A stretch of DNA of 64,000 nucleotides from Woeseiaceae bacterium (GTDB taxonomy: Bacteria; Pseudomonadota; Gammaproteobacteria; Steroidobacterales; Woeseiaceae), in NCBI GenBank assembly GCA_034521225.1, contig JAXHMR010000016.1, forward strand, positions 21,532-85,531, written 5' to 3'. This document shows positions 35,113 through 46,001 of the stretch, piece by piece. The notes beneath the pieces were generated by a model. It had not been told where the DNA came from, did not search any database, and saw nothing but the letters and a program-made list of their open reading frames with translations. The translations under genes were made by a program, and so were the position numbers. The stretch's first letter is position 1; each line of letters starts with the position of its first letter.

Positions 35113-37250
35113 CTACTGGTTGGCCTGGCTCACGACGAATGCACGAACCGCTTCGGCATCATCTGCGTCGATAACCTCTGCAAACCCGGCCATTCCCTTG
35201 TTCAGCAGCGCACCCTCGAGCACTACGTTTCGAAATGCTTCCGCGCTCGATGTCATTGCGGAATACCGCAGGTCTGGTAGAACACCGCCAGAGATGGCGC
35301 CAATACCGTGGCATCCGGCACAGGAACGCGTGTAAAGGCGCGCACCGGTATTGATCTGCGACTCGGATCCGAAGCTCTCCGGAGGAGATGCCGCCGCCAT
35401 GACGTCCGGCATCGGCGGCAACTCGTCATTGCCCCCGATTTTGAACGCAAGAATACGGCTGAAGTTTCGCTTGGTTCCATCTGCGTTCAGGACCACGCCC
35501 AGAAAATTGCCCCAGATCGCGCCCCATCCGGCAACAACGGCGACGTACTGCTCGCCATCAACGGAGTAGGTAACGGGCGGCGCCAACACGCCGGTTTGGG
35601 TGGTAGCAGACCACAGTCGCTCGCCGGTTCGGCGTTATGGGCGACCAGCGCGCCATCGGCGGTTCCCTGAAACACGTGGTTGCCCGCCGTTGACCGGACC
35701 CCACCATTTTCAAAGGCGGCGCGCGGGGCGCGCCACGCCTCTTTTTGCGTCACCGGATTCCAGGCCAGCAGTAATCCCTGGAACTCCGGAGCGAACTCGG
35801 GCGGCAGATCGATGATCTCTTCGGGCGCATCCCAGTAATTTACGCCGAGATTCGCACCAATCGGCTGCCGCTCGTATTCTTCGTCCAGTTGATAAACAAA
35901 GGGGCTCTGCCTGGCAGGAATGTAGACGAGGCCGGTATCGGGACTGAACGACATCGGGTGCCAGCCGTGCGCGCCTGCGGGGCCTGGCGCAATTTTCTTC
36001 GCGGCCAGCGTCTCGTCGTAGCGTGCATCCGGCGTTTCGACCGGCCGACCGGTCTCGAGATCGATGTGTGTTGCCCAGTTCACCGGCATGATGTTCTCTG
36101 CGGAAATCAGCTGGCCGTTGGCACGGTCAAGAACGTAGAAGAATCCGTTTTTCGGCGCCTGCATGATTACCTTGCGCTCGCGGCCGCCGATCTTGAGGTC
36201 GGCGAGCACCATGTGCTGCACGGCGGTGTAATCCCAGGTATCGCCGGGCACCGTCTGGTAGTGCCATACGTACTTGCCGGTATCGGCATTCACGGCAACG
36301 ATAGAGGCCAGGAACAGGTTGTCGCCGCCATCGGGGCTACGGATGGCGCGGGCCCAGGGTGAACCGTTGCCGGTGCCGATATAGACGAGGTTCAGCTCCG
36401 GATCGTAGGCAAAGGAATCCCAGGCGGTACCGCCACCCCCGTTTTTCCACCACTCGCCCGTCCAGGTCTTCGCGGCCATGGCCTGGGTTTCGTCCTCAAA
36501 ACCGTCGGCTGGATTGCCCGGCACTGTATAAAACCGCCAGTGCATTTCGCCGGAGTCGGTATCGTACGCAGAGACATAACCACGCACGCCAAACTCCGCG
36601 CCACCGTTGCCGATCACAATCTTGTCGTCGAACACCCGCGGTGCGCCGGTAATCGTGTAGCTCTGAGCCTGTTCCGTCGTGTTTACTTGCCAGTCGAGTT
36701 CACCAGTCTCCGCGTCGAGCGCGATCAGGCGGCCGTCGAGCGTGCCGACGTATACCTTGCCTTTCCATAGCGCGGCACCCCGATTCTGCACACCGCAACA
36801 AGCGCGAACGGCCCAGATGCCGGGTACTTCAGGATCGTACTGCCAGAGCATGCGGCCGGTTTTCGCGTCTACTGCCTGCACTTTGCTCCAGGCACTGGTT
36901 GAGTACATGACACCGTCCACAACGATCGGCGTTGCTTGCTGTCCCCGATCCGTGTCGAGATCCGTGTACCACGCTAGTCCCAGGTCACCGACATTGCCGT
37001 CGTTAATCTGCGTCAGGGGACTATGGCGCTGCTCGGACCACGTTCGGCCATGCGTGAGCCAGTTACCGGGTTCGGAATCAGCATTGCGAATCCGGCCGTC
37101 ATCGACCCAGGCACCGTCTGATGCCTGATTCGCCGGCGCTGGTGGCAGCATTGTAGTATCTGCCGGATCGTCACTCTGGCAGCCGTACAGGATGACTGCA
37201 ATTGAGGTGATGATCGCCGGCAGGACCGGTCGTTTACGCGGTGATTTCAT
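35113..37250 (-). CDS. PQQ-dependent quinohemoprotein alcohol dehydrogenase (type II), lipoprotein, one frameshift
   Basis: Lipobox LYGC; vicinal CC (RACCGVQNRG); GNGGAEFGVRG; WDYTAVQ; APKNGFFYVLDR; C-terminal heme c motif CAGCH. Confidence 0.93.
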
Positions 37251-37395
37251 TTTGTCCCGCTCTTTTTATTTTTCTTGAATGAGCCGGCATCCCCACATCG
37301 CCCGCTCTCCATCTCAATGTAGGCGCAAAACATCAAGACCGCAATGGCCGCGTCATTACCAGGCCGCAGACTGACGCGCATGTGTATATACTCCT

Positions 37396-37555
37396 AGTGT
37401 CCCGTTCGGTTAATTCGTTGAATTTAGTTCGCGTCCGGTTTTTTGACCTGCAAGGCGCGGCGACGAGTAATAGCGGGACTATTGCGAGGAGCTGCAACGC
37501 CGCAGGACGAAAAACCGGGCCGAAATAAATCAACGAATTAACCGAACGGGACACT
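37396..37555. mobile_element. 160-bp palindromic MITE / ERIC-like intergenic element
   Basis: Perfect 26-bp terminal inverted repeats (AGTGTCCCGTTCGGTTAATTCGTTGA), extended imperfect stem, internal CAAGGCG...CAACGC motifs and a central AATAG-CGGGA-CTATT hairpin. Confidence 0.75.
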
Positions 37556-37586
37556 CAGCCCAGTCAATAAACGGGAGTTGATGTCC

Positions 37587-37745
37587 ATGGCCGACGAATA
37601 CGCCGGCGGGTGCGATCACGTGACCACCCACGCCGATAACGATCCTCTCGACAATCACATATGCCGCTGCTCGATCTGCAAGCGTGTGACCGGGCAGAAC
37701 AGCACAAGCGTCGTGTTCTTCGCCTGGCCGGCGCGAGCCTGTTGA
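37587..37745 (+). pseudogene. GFA / CENP-V-like Zn-binding protein, 5' stump (52 aa)
   Basis: MADEYAGGC...HICRCSICKRVTG..VVFF then a stop; the second half with the CxxC pair is missing; RBS GGGAG. Confidence 0.7.
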
Positions 37746-37755
37746 TCACGACACT

Positions 37756-38424
37756 GTGCGACTGAACGCGGATTTCAGCGAACGGGTTGTCGTCCGCCCG
37801 GACGATTATCGCTGGGTCGACTCGCCGGCGCCCGGCGTCGAACGCATGATGCTCGACCGCATCGGCGAGGAAGTGGCGCGGGCAACGTCGCTGGTGCGAT
37901 ACGCGCCATTGAGCTCGTTTCCGGCCCACGTCCACGGCGGCGGCGAGGAGTTCCTGGTGCTCGAGGGCGAGTTCGGCGACGAGCACCGCAACTACCCGCA
38001 GGGCACGTATGTCCGCAACCCGATCGGCACCGAGCATGCACCCAGGATCGGCGCGCAGGGCTGCACGATCTTCGTCAAGCTGTGCCAGTTCGAAGAGGAT
38101 GACACCGAAAGCGTCGTCGTGGACACCCGGATGGTCAAACCTGACTTCGAGTGCGCACCCGGCGTCGAGATGACGATCCTGCATCGCTTCGGCGAGGAAA
38201 CCGTCTACCTCGTCCGCTGGACGCCCGGCACGCCGTTCAATGCGCGAGTGTACCCAGGCGGCGCGGAAATGCTCGTCCTCGAAGGGAGCTTTTCGGACGA
38301 ACACGGCCACTACCCGGCCGGCACCTGGGTGCGCTATCCAGACGGCAGCCGCCACGAACCCTTCACGAAGAACGAAGGTGCGGCGTCATATGTGAAGACC
38401 GGGCATTTGCCGCCTGCGCGATAA
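37756..38424 (+). CDS. ChrR-like double cupin domain protein
   Basis: LNADFSERVVV, WVDSPAPGVERMMLDRIGEEVARATSLVRYAP, HVHGGGEEFLVLEG, YVKTGHL. Confidence 0.88.
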   Translation: MRLNADFSERVVVRPDDYRWVDSPAPGVERMMLDRIGEEVARATSLVRYAPLSSFPAHVHGGGEEFLVLEGEFGDEHRNYPQGTYVRNPIGTEHAPRIGAQGCTIFVKLCQFEEDDTESVVVDTRMVKPDFECAPGVEMTILHRFGEETVYLVRWTPGTPFNARVYPGGAEMLVLEGSFSDEHGHYPAGTWVRYPDGSRHEPFTKNEGAASYVKTGHLPPAR

Positions 38425-38610
38425 CTATACGGTTGGCAGCCCTGTCCGACGGCTGGTGCAACGGTCCGTGCTTGACAGTCGCACTTGATATCGCCGGCTT
38501 TTCCGGTATTACTACTTTCGAGCTTGGCTTGCTCAGGATATCGAAGAGCACCGCAGAGAAGAGGCTCTGCAGGCGCTTCGTGGGGATATCCCGCAAGGCG
38601 TGGCGGTCGG

Positions 38611-40241
38611 TCATAATTGTTTGGCCCGTTCTCGCAATTCGAATTTGCGAATCTTCCCGGTCGATGTCTTGGGTAACGGCCCAAACACGACCTTTCGCGG
38701 CGCCTGGAAGCGCGCCATTTTGTCGCGGCAAAAGTTGATTATTTCATCTTCGCTCACTTCCCCGGCATCGGGACGCAGGTCGATGAACGCGCACGGGGTT
38801 TCACCCCATTTCTCATGTGGCATCGCCGTCACGGCGACTTCCGACACAGCCGGGTGGCGGTAAAGAACCTTCTCGATTTCGATGCTCGAAATATTCTCAC
38901 CTCCCGAGATGATCACGTCCTTTGATCTGTCCCTGATTTCGATGTAGCCGTCCGGATGGCAAACCGCGAGGTCCCCGGAATGGAAATAGCCCCCGGCAAA
39001 GGCCTTTGTGGTGGCCTCGGGATTTTTCAGGTAGCCCTTCATCACCACGTTGCCCCGGAACATAACCTCACCGATCGTCTGACCATCCCTTGGTACCGGA
39101 TCAAGTGTCTCCGGATCTGCGACGACGAGTTCCTCGAGCATGGGGTATCGCACGCCCTGGCGCGCCTTGAGTTCGGCCTGTTCGGAAATGGGCAGCTGAT
39201 CCCAGTCTTCGTGCCAGGAACAGACCACGGCCGGTCCATAGACTTCTGTCAGACCGCACGCTGTGGGTTACGTTGAAATTCAGCCGGTGCATGGCCTCGA
39301 GAACCGACGGTGGTGGAGCCGACGCAGCGGTCATGATATCTGACCCGCCTGTCTATCCCCTGCTTGAGTTCATCACAGGCGTTCGCCATGAGGTTGAGCA
39401 CGATCGGTGCGCCGCACATATGGGTCACACCGTAACGCTTGATTGCGTCGAATATCGATGCGTCGCTTACACTGCGCAGACATACGTTTGTGCCATTCAA
39501 AGCCGCAATCGTCCACGGGAAGCACCAACCGTTGCAGTGAAACATCGGCAGGGTCCAGAGGTATACCGGGTGAGCGTTCATGTTCCAGGCAAGGACATTT
39601 GAAACCGCGTTCAGAAAGGCGCCGCGATGATGCGTAACGACACCTTTGGGATTACCGGTTGTACCCGACGTGTAACCGAGCGCGATTGCCTGCCACTCGT
39701 CCTGCGGCATTGCCCAGCTGAAGTCCGGATCGCCCATGGCGAGAAAGTCTTCGTACTCGATTTCACCGATCAGCGCACCGTCCTCGACAGCAGGATCAGC
39801 AACATTGATAACAAGCGGCGGATCGTCGAGTTGTTCGAGCGCGGTTTTTTCCGTGGCGGAAAACTCGGGATCCGTTATCAAAATACGTGCACCACTGTGT
39901 TTGAGCTGAAATGCTATCGAATCGGAATCGAGACGAATGTTGAGGCCATTAATTACCGCATTCGCCATCGGAATAGCGAAATGCGACTCGTACATTGCCG
40001 GCACGTTGGGCAGCATCAGTGCAACAGCATCGTCTGCGGCGACGCCATGTTGATGAAGCGCAGAGGCCAGACGTCGACAACGGGCATACGTTTCTGACCA
40101 GTTTTGCCGCCTGTCGCCGTAGGCGAGTGCGCAGTGTTGTGGATAAACCGCTGCGGCTCGGTCGATGAAGGTCAGCGGTGAAAGCGGCGTATAGTTGGCC
40201 GCATTCTTGTCGAGATCAGTCGAGAATTGCGAGTTTGACAT
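38611..40241 (-). CDS. Acyl-CoA synthetase (AMP-binding, DmdB/AAE-like), frameshifted
   Basis: ANYTPLSPLTF, YTSGTTGNPKGVV, WTLPMFHCNGW, YGLTE, FHSGDL, IISGGENISS, LPKTSTGKI. Confidence 0.92.
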
Positions 40242-40249
40242 GACGCGGG

Positions 40250-41053
40250 CTACTTGTTTTTCCACACGGGTTTTCGCTTCTGAATAAAGGCGTCGATGCC
40301 CTCGCGCGCATCGTGGGAATCCATGTTGCAGGCCATACGTTCGCTCGCATAGGCATACGCATCGGCCAGGTCCATCTCCAGTTGCTTGTAGAACATCTCT
40401 TTGCCGAGCTGGATCGAATGTGCAGACTTGGCCAGTATTTTGGCAGCCAACGAATGCGTTGCCGATTCGAGTTCTGCTGCGGGGACAACCTCGTTGACCA
40501 GGCCAAACGCCTGCGCTTCTTCCGCTGATATGAAATCCCCTGTCAGCAGCATTTGCATCGCTCGTTTACGCAGCAGGTTGCGACTCAAGGGTACCGCCGG
40601 AGTTGAACAGAACAAGCCGAAGTTAATGCCCGAGACGGCGAATCGCGCGTCCTCCGCCGCCACCGCCAGATCGCAGTTGGCGACCAGCTGGCAGCCGGCG
40701 GCGGTGGCGATTCCGTTCACCTGCGCGATGACCGGTTGCGGCAAGCGGTTAATACTGATCATCATGCGCCCACACTCATCGAAGAGCCCCTGATGAACGG
40801 CGCGTTCTTCGCTGGCTCGCATTTCTTTTAAATCATGGCCCGCGCAAAACGCCTTGCCATGGGCGGCAATGATTACGACTCGTACCGTGTCATCTTGCGC
40901 GATCTGATCGAGTTCATACTGCAGACTGGCGAGCAACTCTTCGGACAAGGCATTGAATTTCGCCGGTCGATTGAGTGTCAGGGTTGCAATTCCCTGATCA
41001 TCGCTGCGCAAAAGGACGGGCTCTGGAGTGACCGGATCGGTGTTGGTATTCAT
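40250..41053 (-). CDS. Enoyl-CoA hydratase/isomerase
   Basis: LNRPAKFNALS, AFCAGHDLKEM, ATAAGCQLVANCDL, GLFCSTP, EGIDAF. Confidence 0.92.
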   Translation of the reverse strand: MNTNTDPVTPEPVLLRSDDQGIATLTLNRPAKFNALSEELLASLQYELDQIAQDDTVRVVIIAAHGKAFCAGHDLKEMRASEERAVHQGLFDECGRMMISINRLPQPVIAQVNGIATAAGCQLVANCDLAVAAEDARFAVSGINFGLFCSTPAVPLSRNLLRKRAMQMLLTGDFISAEEAQAFGLVNEVVPAAELESATHSLAAKILAKSAHSIQLGKEMFYKQLEMDLADAYAYASERMACNMDSHDAREGIDAFIQKRKPVWKNK

Positions 41054-41492
41054 CGCTTGAATTCCCTCTGAGATTTAACCCCGATATGACAGAAGCTTTT
41101 CGGCGAAAACCACTTATCGCTCGGGAACGACTGATTCCAGGCTGTAATATCACCATACTCATCGGCGACGATTTTTTCCAATGTCGATAATAGTATCGGC
41201 AGCGGGCCGGCCGTCAATTCAGCCTCAACATTGAACGCCGACACAGCCACCCCGGTGACGTCAACCCAGCGGCCCTTTGAACAAGCCTCAAAATGAGCTT
41301 TGGATGTGTCCATGATGCTCGCGGCACTCCAGTTGCCGCAGCAGCCTGTTCGCCAGTAGGTGCTGTCTTTCCCGTATGCGCTGCGATACCTGCTGGCGAC
41401 ATGGCCCGAGGTCATCATTCAGGTGCTCGGCATTGTCCGAGCGATTTCAGGTCATCTGGACCACAAAACCAGCCTATGGGGTGCGAATTCCA

Positions 41493-42003
41493 AGTGAGTG
41501 CCTTTACGCATATCGGCCTGGCGTTTTTTGCGGTCAGCCTCCTGTTCGGCTGGGGAGCGGGATCAAGGACGGGCGAGTCGGGAGATGGATCCGGTCAGGA
41601 ATGGACTGCCTGGCTCTTAAGCCAGCCGTTCGGTCCCTGGCTTGTTGCCGGCGTGGGCGTAGTCATTGCCGGCGTCGGATTCGCGCATTTCTTCAAAGCC
41701 TGGAAGGCGGGGTTCGAGAAGTATTTTATTATGAGTGAACGTGAGCGTGCCGTTTTCTCGCCAATCTGTCGCTTCGGACTGGCGGCACGCGGAGTTGTAT
41801 TCCTGATTATCGGTGGATTCCTTATGGTAGCCGCGATCCAGCATGACTCCAGTGAAGCGCGCGGACTGAGCGGTGTGTTGCAAGCCCTGCAACAACAGTC
41901 TTTCGGTAATTTCCTGCTGGCGATTCTGGCATTTGGTTTGCTGGCATTCGCCGCATATAGCCTGATCGAAGCGAGATACAGGACGATCAGCGTCGACGGT
42001 TGA
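41493..42003 (+). CDS. DUF1206 membrane protein, apparently 5'-truncated
   Basis: LLSQPFGPWLV, RFGLAARGVVF, SEARGLSG.LQ.L..Q.FG, AAYSLIEARYR. Sequence upstream of about 41493 does not resemble the family. Confidence 0.7.
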
Positions 42004-42030
42004 GAGGGCCGCGCCGGTTCCGGTTTTATT

Positions 42031-42787
42031 TTACTCGACCTTTCCGCGGCTGCGAAGTTGCTCCGCAACCACCCAGCACAGAAGTGCCCAGGCCGCACCG
42101 GCGGTCCAGCCGGCCAACACATCCGTCGGCCAGTGGACACCGAGATAGACACGACTTAAGCCAACGAGCAAGGTCAGCAACGCCGCAACCCCCAACAAGT
42201 ACGCTTTCAGGCGCAAGCCCGGCTGGGTACCGGCAAGGAGCGCACCGATCGTCAGGAAGGTCACGGCTGACATCATCGAATGGCCGCTCGGAAAGCTGTT
42301 TGTATATACGCTCATGGCGTGCGGCACGAGATCCGGCCGCGGCCGGGCAAACACAATCTTGAGCAAAGCGTCGCAACAGCACGCCGCTGCCGATCGCCAG
42401 CAACAGGTAAATCGCCGTATGCCGCTTGCGCTGCAAGATCAGGAAACCGGCAATGAACAGCGTTGTCAGTGTCAGAATTCCGATGCCGCCGAGACCCGTG
42501 ATGTCGCGTGCCGTCTCTTCGAACCATCCGGGTCCGCGCGGATCAGTGGCGTCGCCGGGTTCGCGCATGGCCAGTAACAAGCGCTCATCGAGCGTCGCTG
42601 TATCGCCTTCCAGTACTGAATCGGCAAGCTCGGTAAATGCCCACGTAGCGCCTGCAATCAGCACAAAAGCGATCAGCACGTACGGTTCGTGCCCGCCTAT
42701 CCACGTGAGAGCTCGCTGGATCCTGCCGCCGCCTTGCTCGACGACCGGTTCCCGATCGGCAGTCAACTGTGACCACTGGCGCTTCAA
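42031..42787 (-). CDS. PAP2-family membrane phosphatase (frameshifted)
   Basis: LK..FARPRP, SFPSGH, SRVYLGVHWPTDV. Confidence 0.88.
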
Positions 42788-43021
42788 CCGTTGCTGAATG
42801 CCTTGTCCCTTTCCGGAAATCAGAGCTGCTCCTTAAATCAGACGCGCGCAGCGCCCGCCTTGGCCGGTCGCCGATTCGAGTAGCTGCCGGAGCACCTCAA
42901 TTTCCGGCGCCGACGCCTCAGGATACGACCTGATATTGCCGATCTTAGACACGCTCACTCTATCTCCCGCAGCAACCTGAGTAAAAAGTTTTTGGAAATG
43001 GCCGGAGGTCGTTAGTAATGA

Positions 43022-43037
43022 AGCAGGTTTCGTGCCA
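43022..43037 (-). promoter_or_regulatory. Putative sigma54 (-24/-12) promoter
   Basis: Minus strand TGGCACGAAACCTGCT matches TGGCACG-N4-TTGCW with correct GG/GC spacing. Confidence 0.6.
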
Positions 43038-43277
43038 ACCATTCGCCGCGAATCGAGAGGAAGAACTAACAACTGCCGGTATCCCGCGGATGTGATTTAC
43101 CCGGGGCGATTGGGCAATTTCTACAGCCGATGGCGTAACTATTGCCGAGGTCTGCAGCTCGAACCACAGGCAGGTAGCCGCACTTGTCGCTTGCATTGGA
43201 TCGCCGGTACACGGACTATTCCACCTGTGGCGGGTGGCCGCCGGAACATGATTCGCACGTACCAGCAGGGGGAAGTA

Positions 43278-44099
43278 ATGAACTACAGGCCATTGCCGAC
43301 ATTCCTGGCAGTGCTCGTTGTCGCCGGCGTATCGACGGCGCATGCCGAACACTACGTGCGCTACGATGCCGGCGGTCACGCGAGTTACGGTGTCATCGAC
43401 GGTGACCGTATCCATGAACTCGACACCGCGCCTTACCTTGGTGGTAAGCGCACGGGCGCGTCGGTAGAGATGGATGACGTGCGGCTGCTTGCGCCGGCGG
43501 AACCGTCAAAAGTGTTCGCGGTCGGTTTCAACTACATGAGCCACCGCGGAGAACGGGAACTGCCCCCGCATCCCCCCATTTTCCTGAAGTTGCCCTCGGC
43601 GATCACCGATCCGGAAACGGTCATCGTGCCACCGGCCGGCGCCAGCGATCTGCATTACGAAGCAGAGCTCGTCATCGTCATCGGCCGCACGGCCAGCAAG
43701 GTGTCTGCCGAAGACGCAGCCGACTACATTTTCGGCGTAACGGCAGGCAACGATGTCAGCGAACGCGCCTGGCAGGCAAACGACCTGCAATGGTTCCGGG
43801 GCAAGGCGAGCGACGACTTCGGTCCGATCGGCCCCGTGATCGTGACCGATGTCGATTACAACGACGTACTCGTGCAATCGCGGCTGAACGGCAAAGTGAT
43901 GCAATCACAACGCACGCGCGACTTCATTCACGACGCGCACGCGATCGTCAGCCACATCAGCCAGTACGCCACGTTGTATCCCGGCGACCTGATATTTACG
44001 GGGACGCCCGGCGAGACCAGTTCGATGCAACCTGGCGATGTCATCGAGATCGAAGTCGAGGGTGTCGGCGTGCTGCGCAATACGATCGGCTCGCCCTGA
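43278..44099 (+). CDS. Fumarylacetoacetate hydrolase family protein with N-terminal signal peptide
   Basis: KVFAVGFNY, LHYEAEL, GNDVSER.WQ, RGKASDDFGPIGP, PGDLIFTGTP; signal ending AHA. Confidence 0.9.
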   Translation: MNYRPLPTFLAVLVVAGVSTAHAEHYVRYDAGGHASYGVIDGDRIHELDTAPYLGGKRTGASVEMDDVRLLAPAEPSKVFAVGFNYMSHRGERELPPHPPIFLKLPSAITDPETVIVPPAGASDLHYEAELVIVIGRTASKVSAEDAADYIFGVTAGNDVSERAWQANDLQWFRGKASDDFGPIGPVIVTDVDYNDVLVQSRLNGKVMQSQRTRDFIHDAHAIVSHISQYATLYPGDLIFTGTPGETSSMQPGDVIEIEVEGVGVLRNTIGSP

Positions 44100-44622
44100 G
44101 AGCGTTTGAGTTACTGCTTGATTTTCGATGGCGCCAGAAGCTACTTTCCACTCTGCCAGGGCCAGCTTCCAGTCAGCTCGACTTTGAGGGTGAAGTCTTG
44201 CCTCATCACAGCTAACGACGGTTACGTCTGATAGTTGCCCGCGGAATAATTCAAACGCCTGTTTATTGCCACTGCCGTCCTAGTGGCTGACTTCGAACGT
44301 ATCGAATTACTTCTGCGCGGAGGCCATCGGTTTCCGGGATACAACTTCTGACTCCTCAGCCGTGATGCCGATCACGCCAACTTCTACATGTTCCGGCAAT
44401 CGCCTCATGCCATCTTCAATCGCGCGTCTCATCGCCCAGACGTGTCTGTGCGGCACCGTACACGCAGAGGCTCCTGACCAGCGCGCGCAGCGGCGGGGGC
44501 AGCATTTCGCACCAGACAGGGGAACGGCCCCTATCCTGCTGCTTCCGACCGGCCCTACAGCAGGAATGATTAGCTTGGTATAAAGTGGTATCCGAACGAG
44601 CAACCGATAACACGCTGGAGAA

Positions 44623-45120
44623 TTGAAAAACGTGAAGCCAGCCACCGCCGCCAGCGCCCTTCGTGTACAGGAGTACCTGGGGCCGGACTACGAAGTACTT
44701 GAGTTCGAGGAAAGCACGCGCAGCGCTGCAGATGCCGCGGCCGCGATCGGCTGTAACGTGGCAGCCATCGCCAAGTCGCTGCTCTTCGAACTGGAAGATG
44801 AGTCGCCGCTGCTGGTGATAGCATCCGGCCGCAACCGGGTGGATGAAGCGCGTGTGGCTGAGTTGGTCGGGCAATCCGTGCATCGTCCGGATGCGGCTTT
44901 CGTCCGACACCACACGGGTTTCTCCATCGGTGGCGTGCCGCCAGTGGGCCATCCGCAACCACTGCCGGTCGTGCTGGACGAAGATCTGCTGAAGCTGGCG
45001 GAAATCTGGGCGGCGGCCGGCACGCCCAACGCCGTGTTCCGGATGTCGCCGAAGCAGCTTTGTGAACTGACCAACGGTCGCATTGCGGCGGTGGCGGAGC
45101 GCCAGGCTGCCGGCTCGTGA
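44623..45120 (+). CDS. YbaK/EbsC-family aminoacyl-tRNA deacylase
   Basis: STRSAADAAAAIGC, IAKSL, TGFSIGGVPPVGH, WAAAGTPNAVF. Confidence 0.88.
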   Translation: MKNVKPATAASALRVQEYLGPDYEVLEFEESTRSAADAAAAIGCNVAAIAKSLLFELEDESPLLVIASGRNRVDEARVAELVGQSVHRPDAAFVRHHTGFSIGGVPPVGHPQPLPVVLDEDLLKLAEIWAAAGTPNAVFRMSPKQLCELTNGRIAAVAERQAAGS

Positions 45121-45968
45121 CCAGGCTTCGGCTGTTCGCCATGAATATGCTCACAATTGTGCTGTTGGCTGCGGCGTTTGGTGGTGCCAGTGCACAGGAG
45201 GCCGATTACGCTGGTGCTGATGGAAATGGCGGCTGCCATGTGCTGGCACGTGATTTACCCGTGCCTCCCTGCGAGGGGCAGCCCTACCCGGCGGCCAGCG
45301 CCGTCGGCGACTCGCTCAACCAACTGGTTTTAATTGACGAGGAAGTGCCGGAACGCTGGACGCCGCCACCCTGCACCGGTTGGTCAGCCGGGCCCACCCA
45401 AGCTCTGCAAGCCACAGCGGGACGGTTCAGGATGGCGGGCGACACTGATGCCCTTGCGGCGCACCTGGCCAGAGTTTCGCGGATGACAGGCATTGTCTAT
45501 TGGTCGACGACGCGCGAGCAATGGCGGCCGCTTTTCGATGAGGCGTTTGCCCTCGCTCGGCCCGATCCGAACGCCAGGCGCGCTGACTTCACGACAGGCA
45601 ATGTCGTGCCGGGTGCGGAGCTTCATTCGTTGCTCAAGGAAAACAACCCCACTGAAGGTGTCGTCTTCCGTACGACAGTGCATGAGCGAACGCCGGATCA
45701 GCTTGTATTCGAGACGGTCAATGTCACGGCCATCAAGGTAAAACTGCTGCTATTCACGCTTGAGATTGCGGGGCCGGAGGAATTCCGCCAACTGTACTTC
45801 GTCAAGCGCGAACAAGACGATGTCTGGCGCTTTTACAACCTGAACCGCATGGGTCAGGCCAGAACGCTCGCCGGCAGCTCGGCCGCAAACTACCGTAATC
45901 GCGCCGAAGCCTATTTCCGATACCTGGCTGGTCTGGACATGACGCGCGAGCCTCCCGCATCGCCTTAG
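45117..45968 (+). CDS. Exported hypothetical protein
   Basis: 283-aa ORF with a signal peptide (ASA-QE), overlapping the ybaK stop (GTGA); coding-like composition. Confidence 0.65.
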   Translation: MTRLRLFAMNMLTIVLLAAAFGGASAQEADYAGADGNGGCHVLARDLPVPPCEGQPYPAASAVGDSLNQLVLIDEEVPERWTPPPCTGWSAGPTQALQATAGRFRMAGDTDALAAHLARVSRMTGIVYWSTTREQWRPLFDEAFALARPDPNARRADFTTGNVVPGAELHSLLKENNPTEGVVFRTTVHERTPDQLVFETVNVTAIKVKLLLFTLEIAGPEEFRQLYFVKREQDDVWRFYNLNRMGQARTLAGSSAANYRNRAEAYFRYLAGLDMTREPPASP

Positions 45969-46001
45969 GAGTCTGCGAGCCTTCCACTATCGCAGCTTCC
46001 T

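Noticed and set aside
35113-37250. Lanthanide-dependent alcohol dehydrogenase
   Set aside because: The active-site segment is WDYTA, which lacks the extra Asp (D-x-D) of XoxF/ExaF/PedH types. It is consistent with a Ca2+ enzyme.
44100-44620. Possible small genes or remnants between FAH and ybaK
   Set aside because: No recognisable motif or convincing start in any frame; left unassigned.
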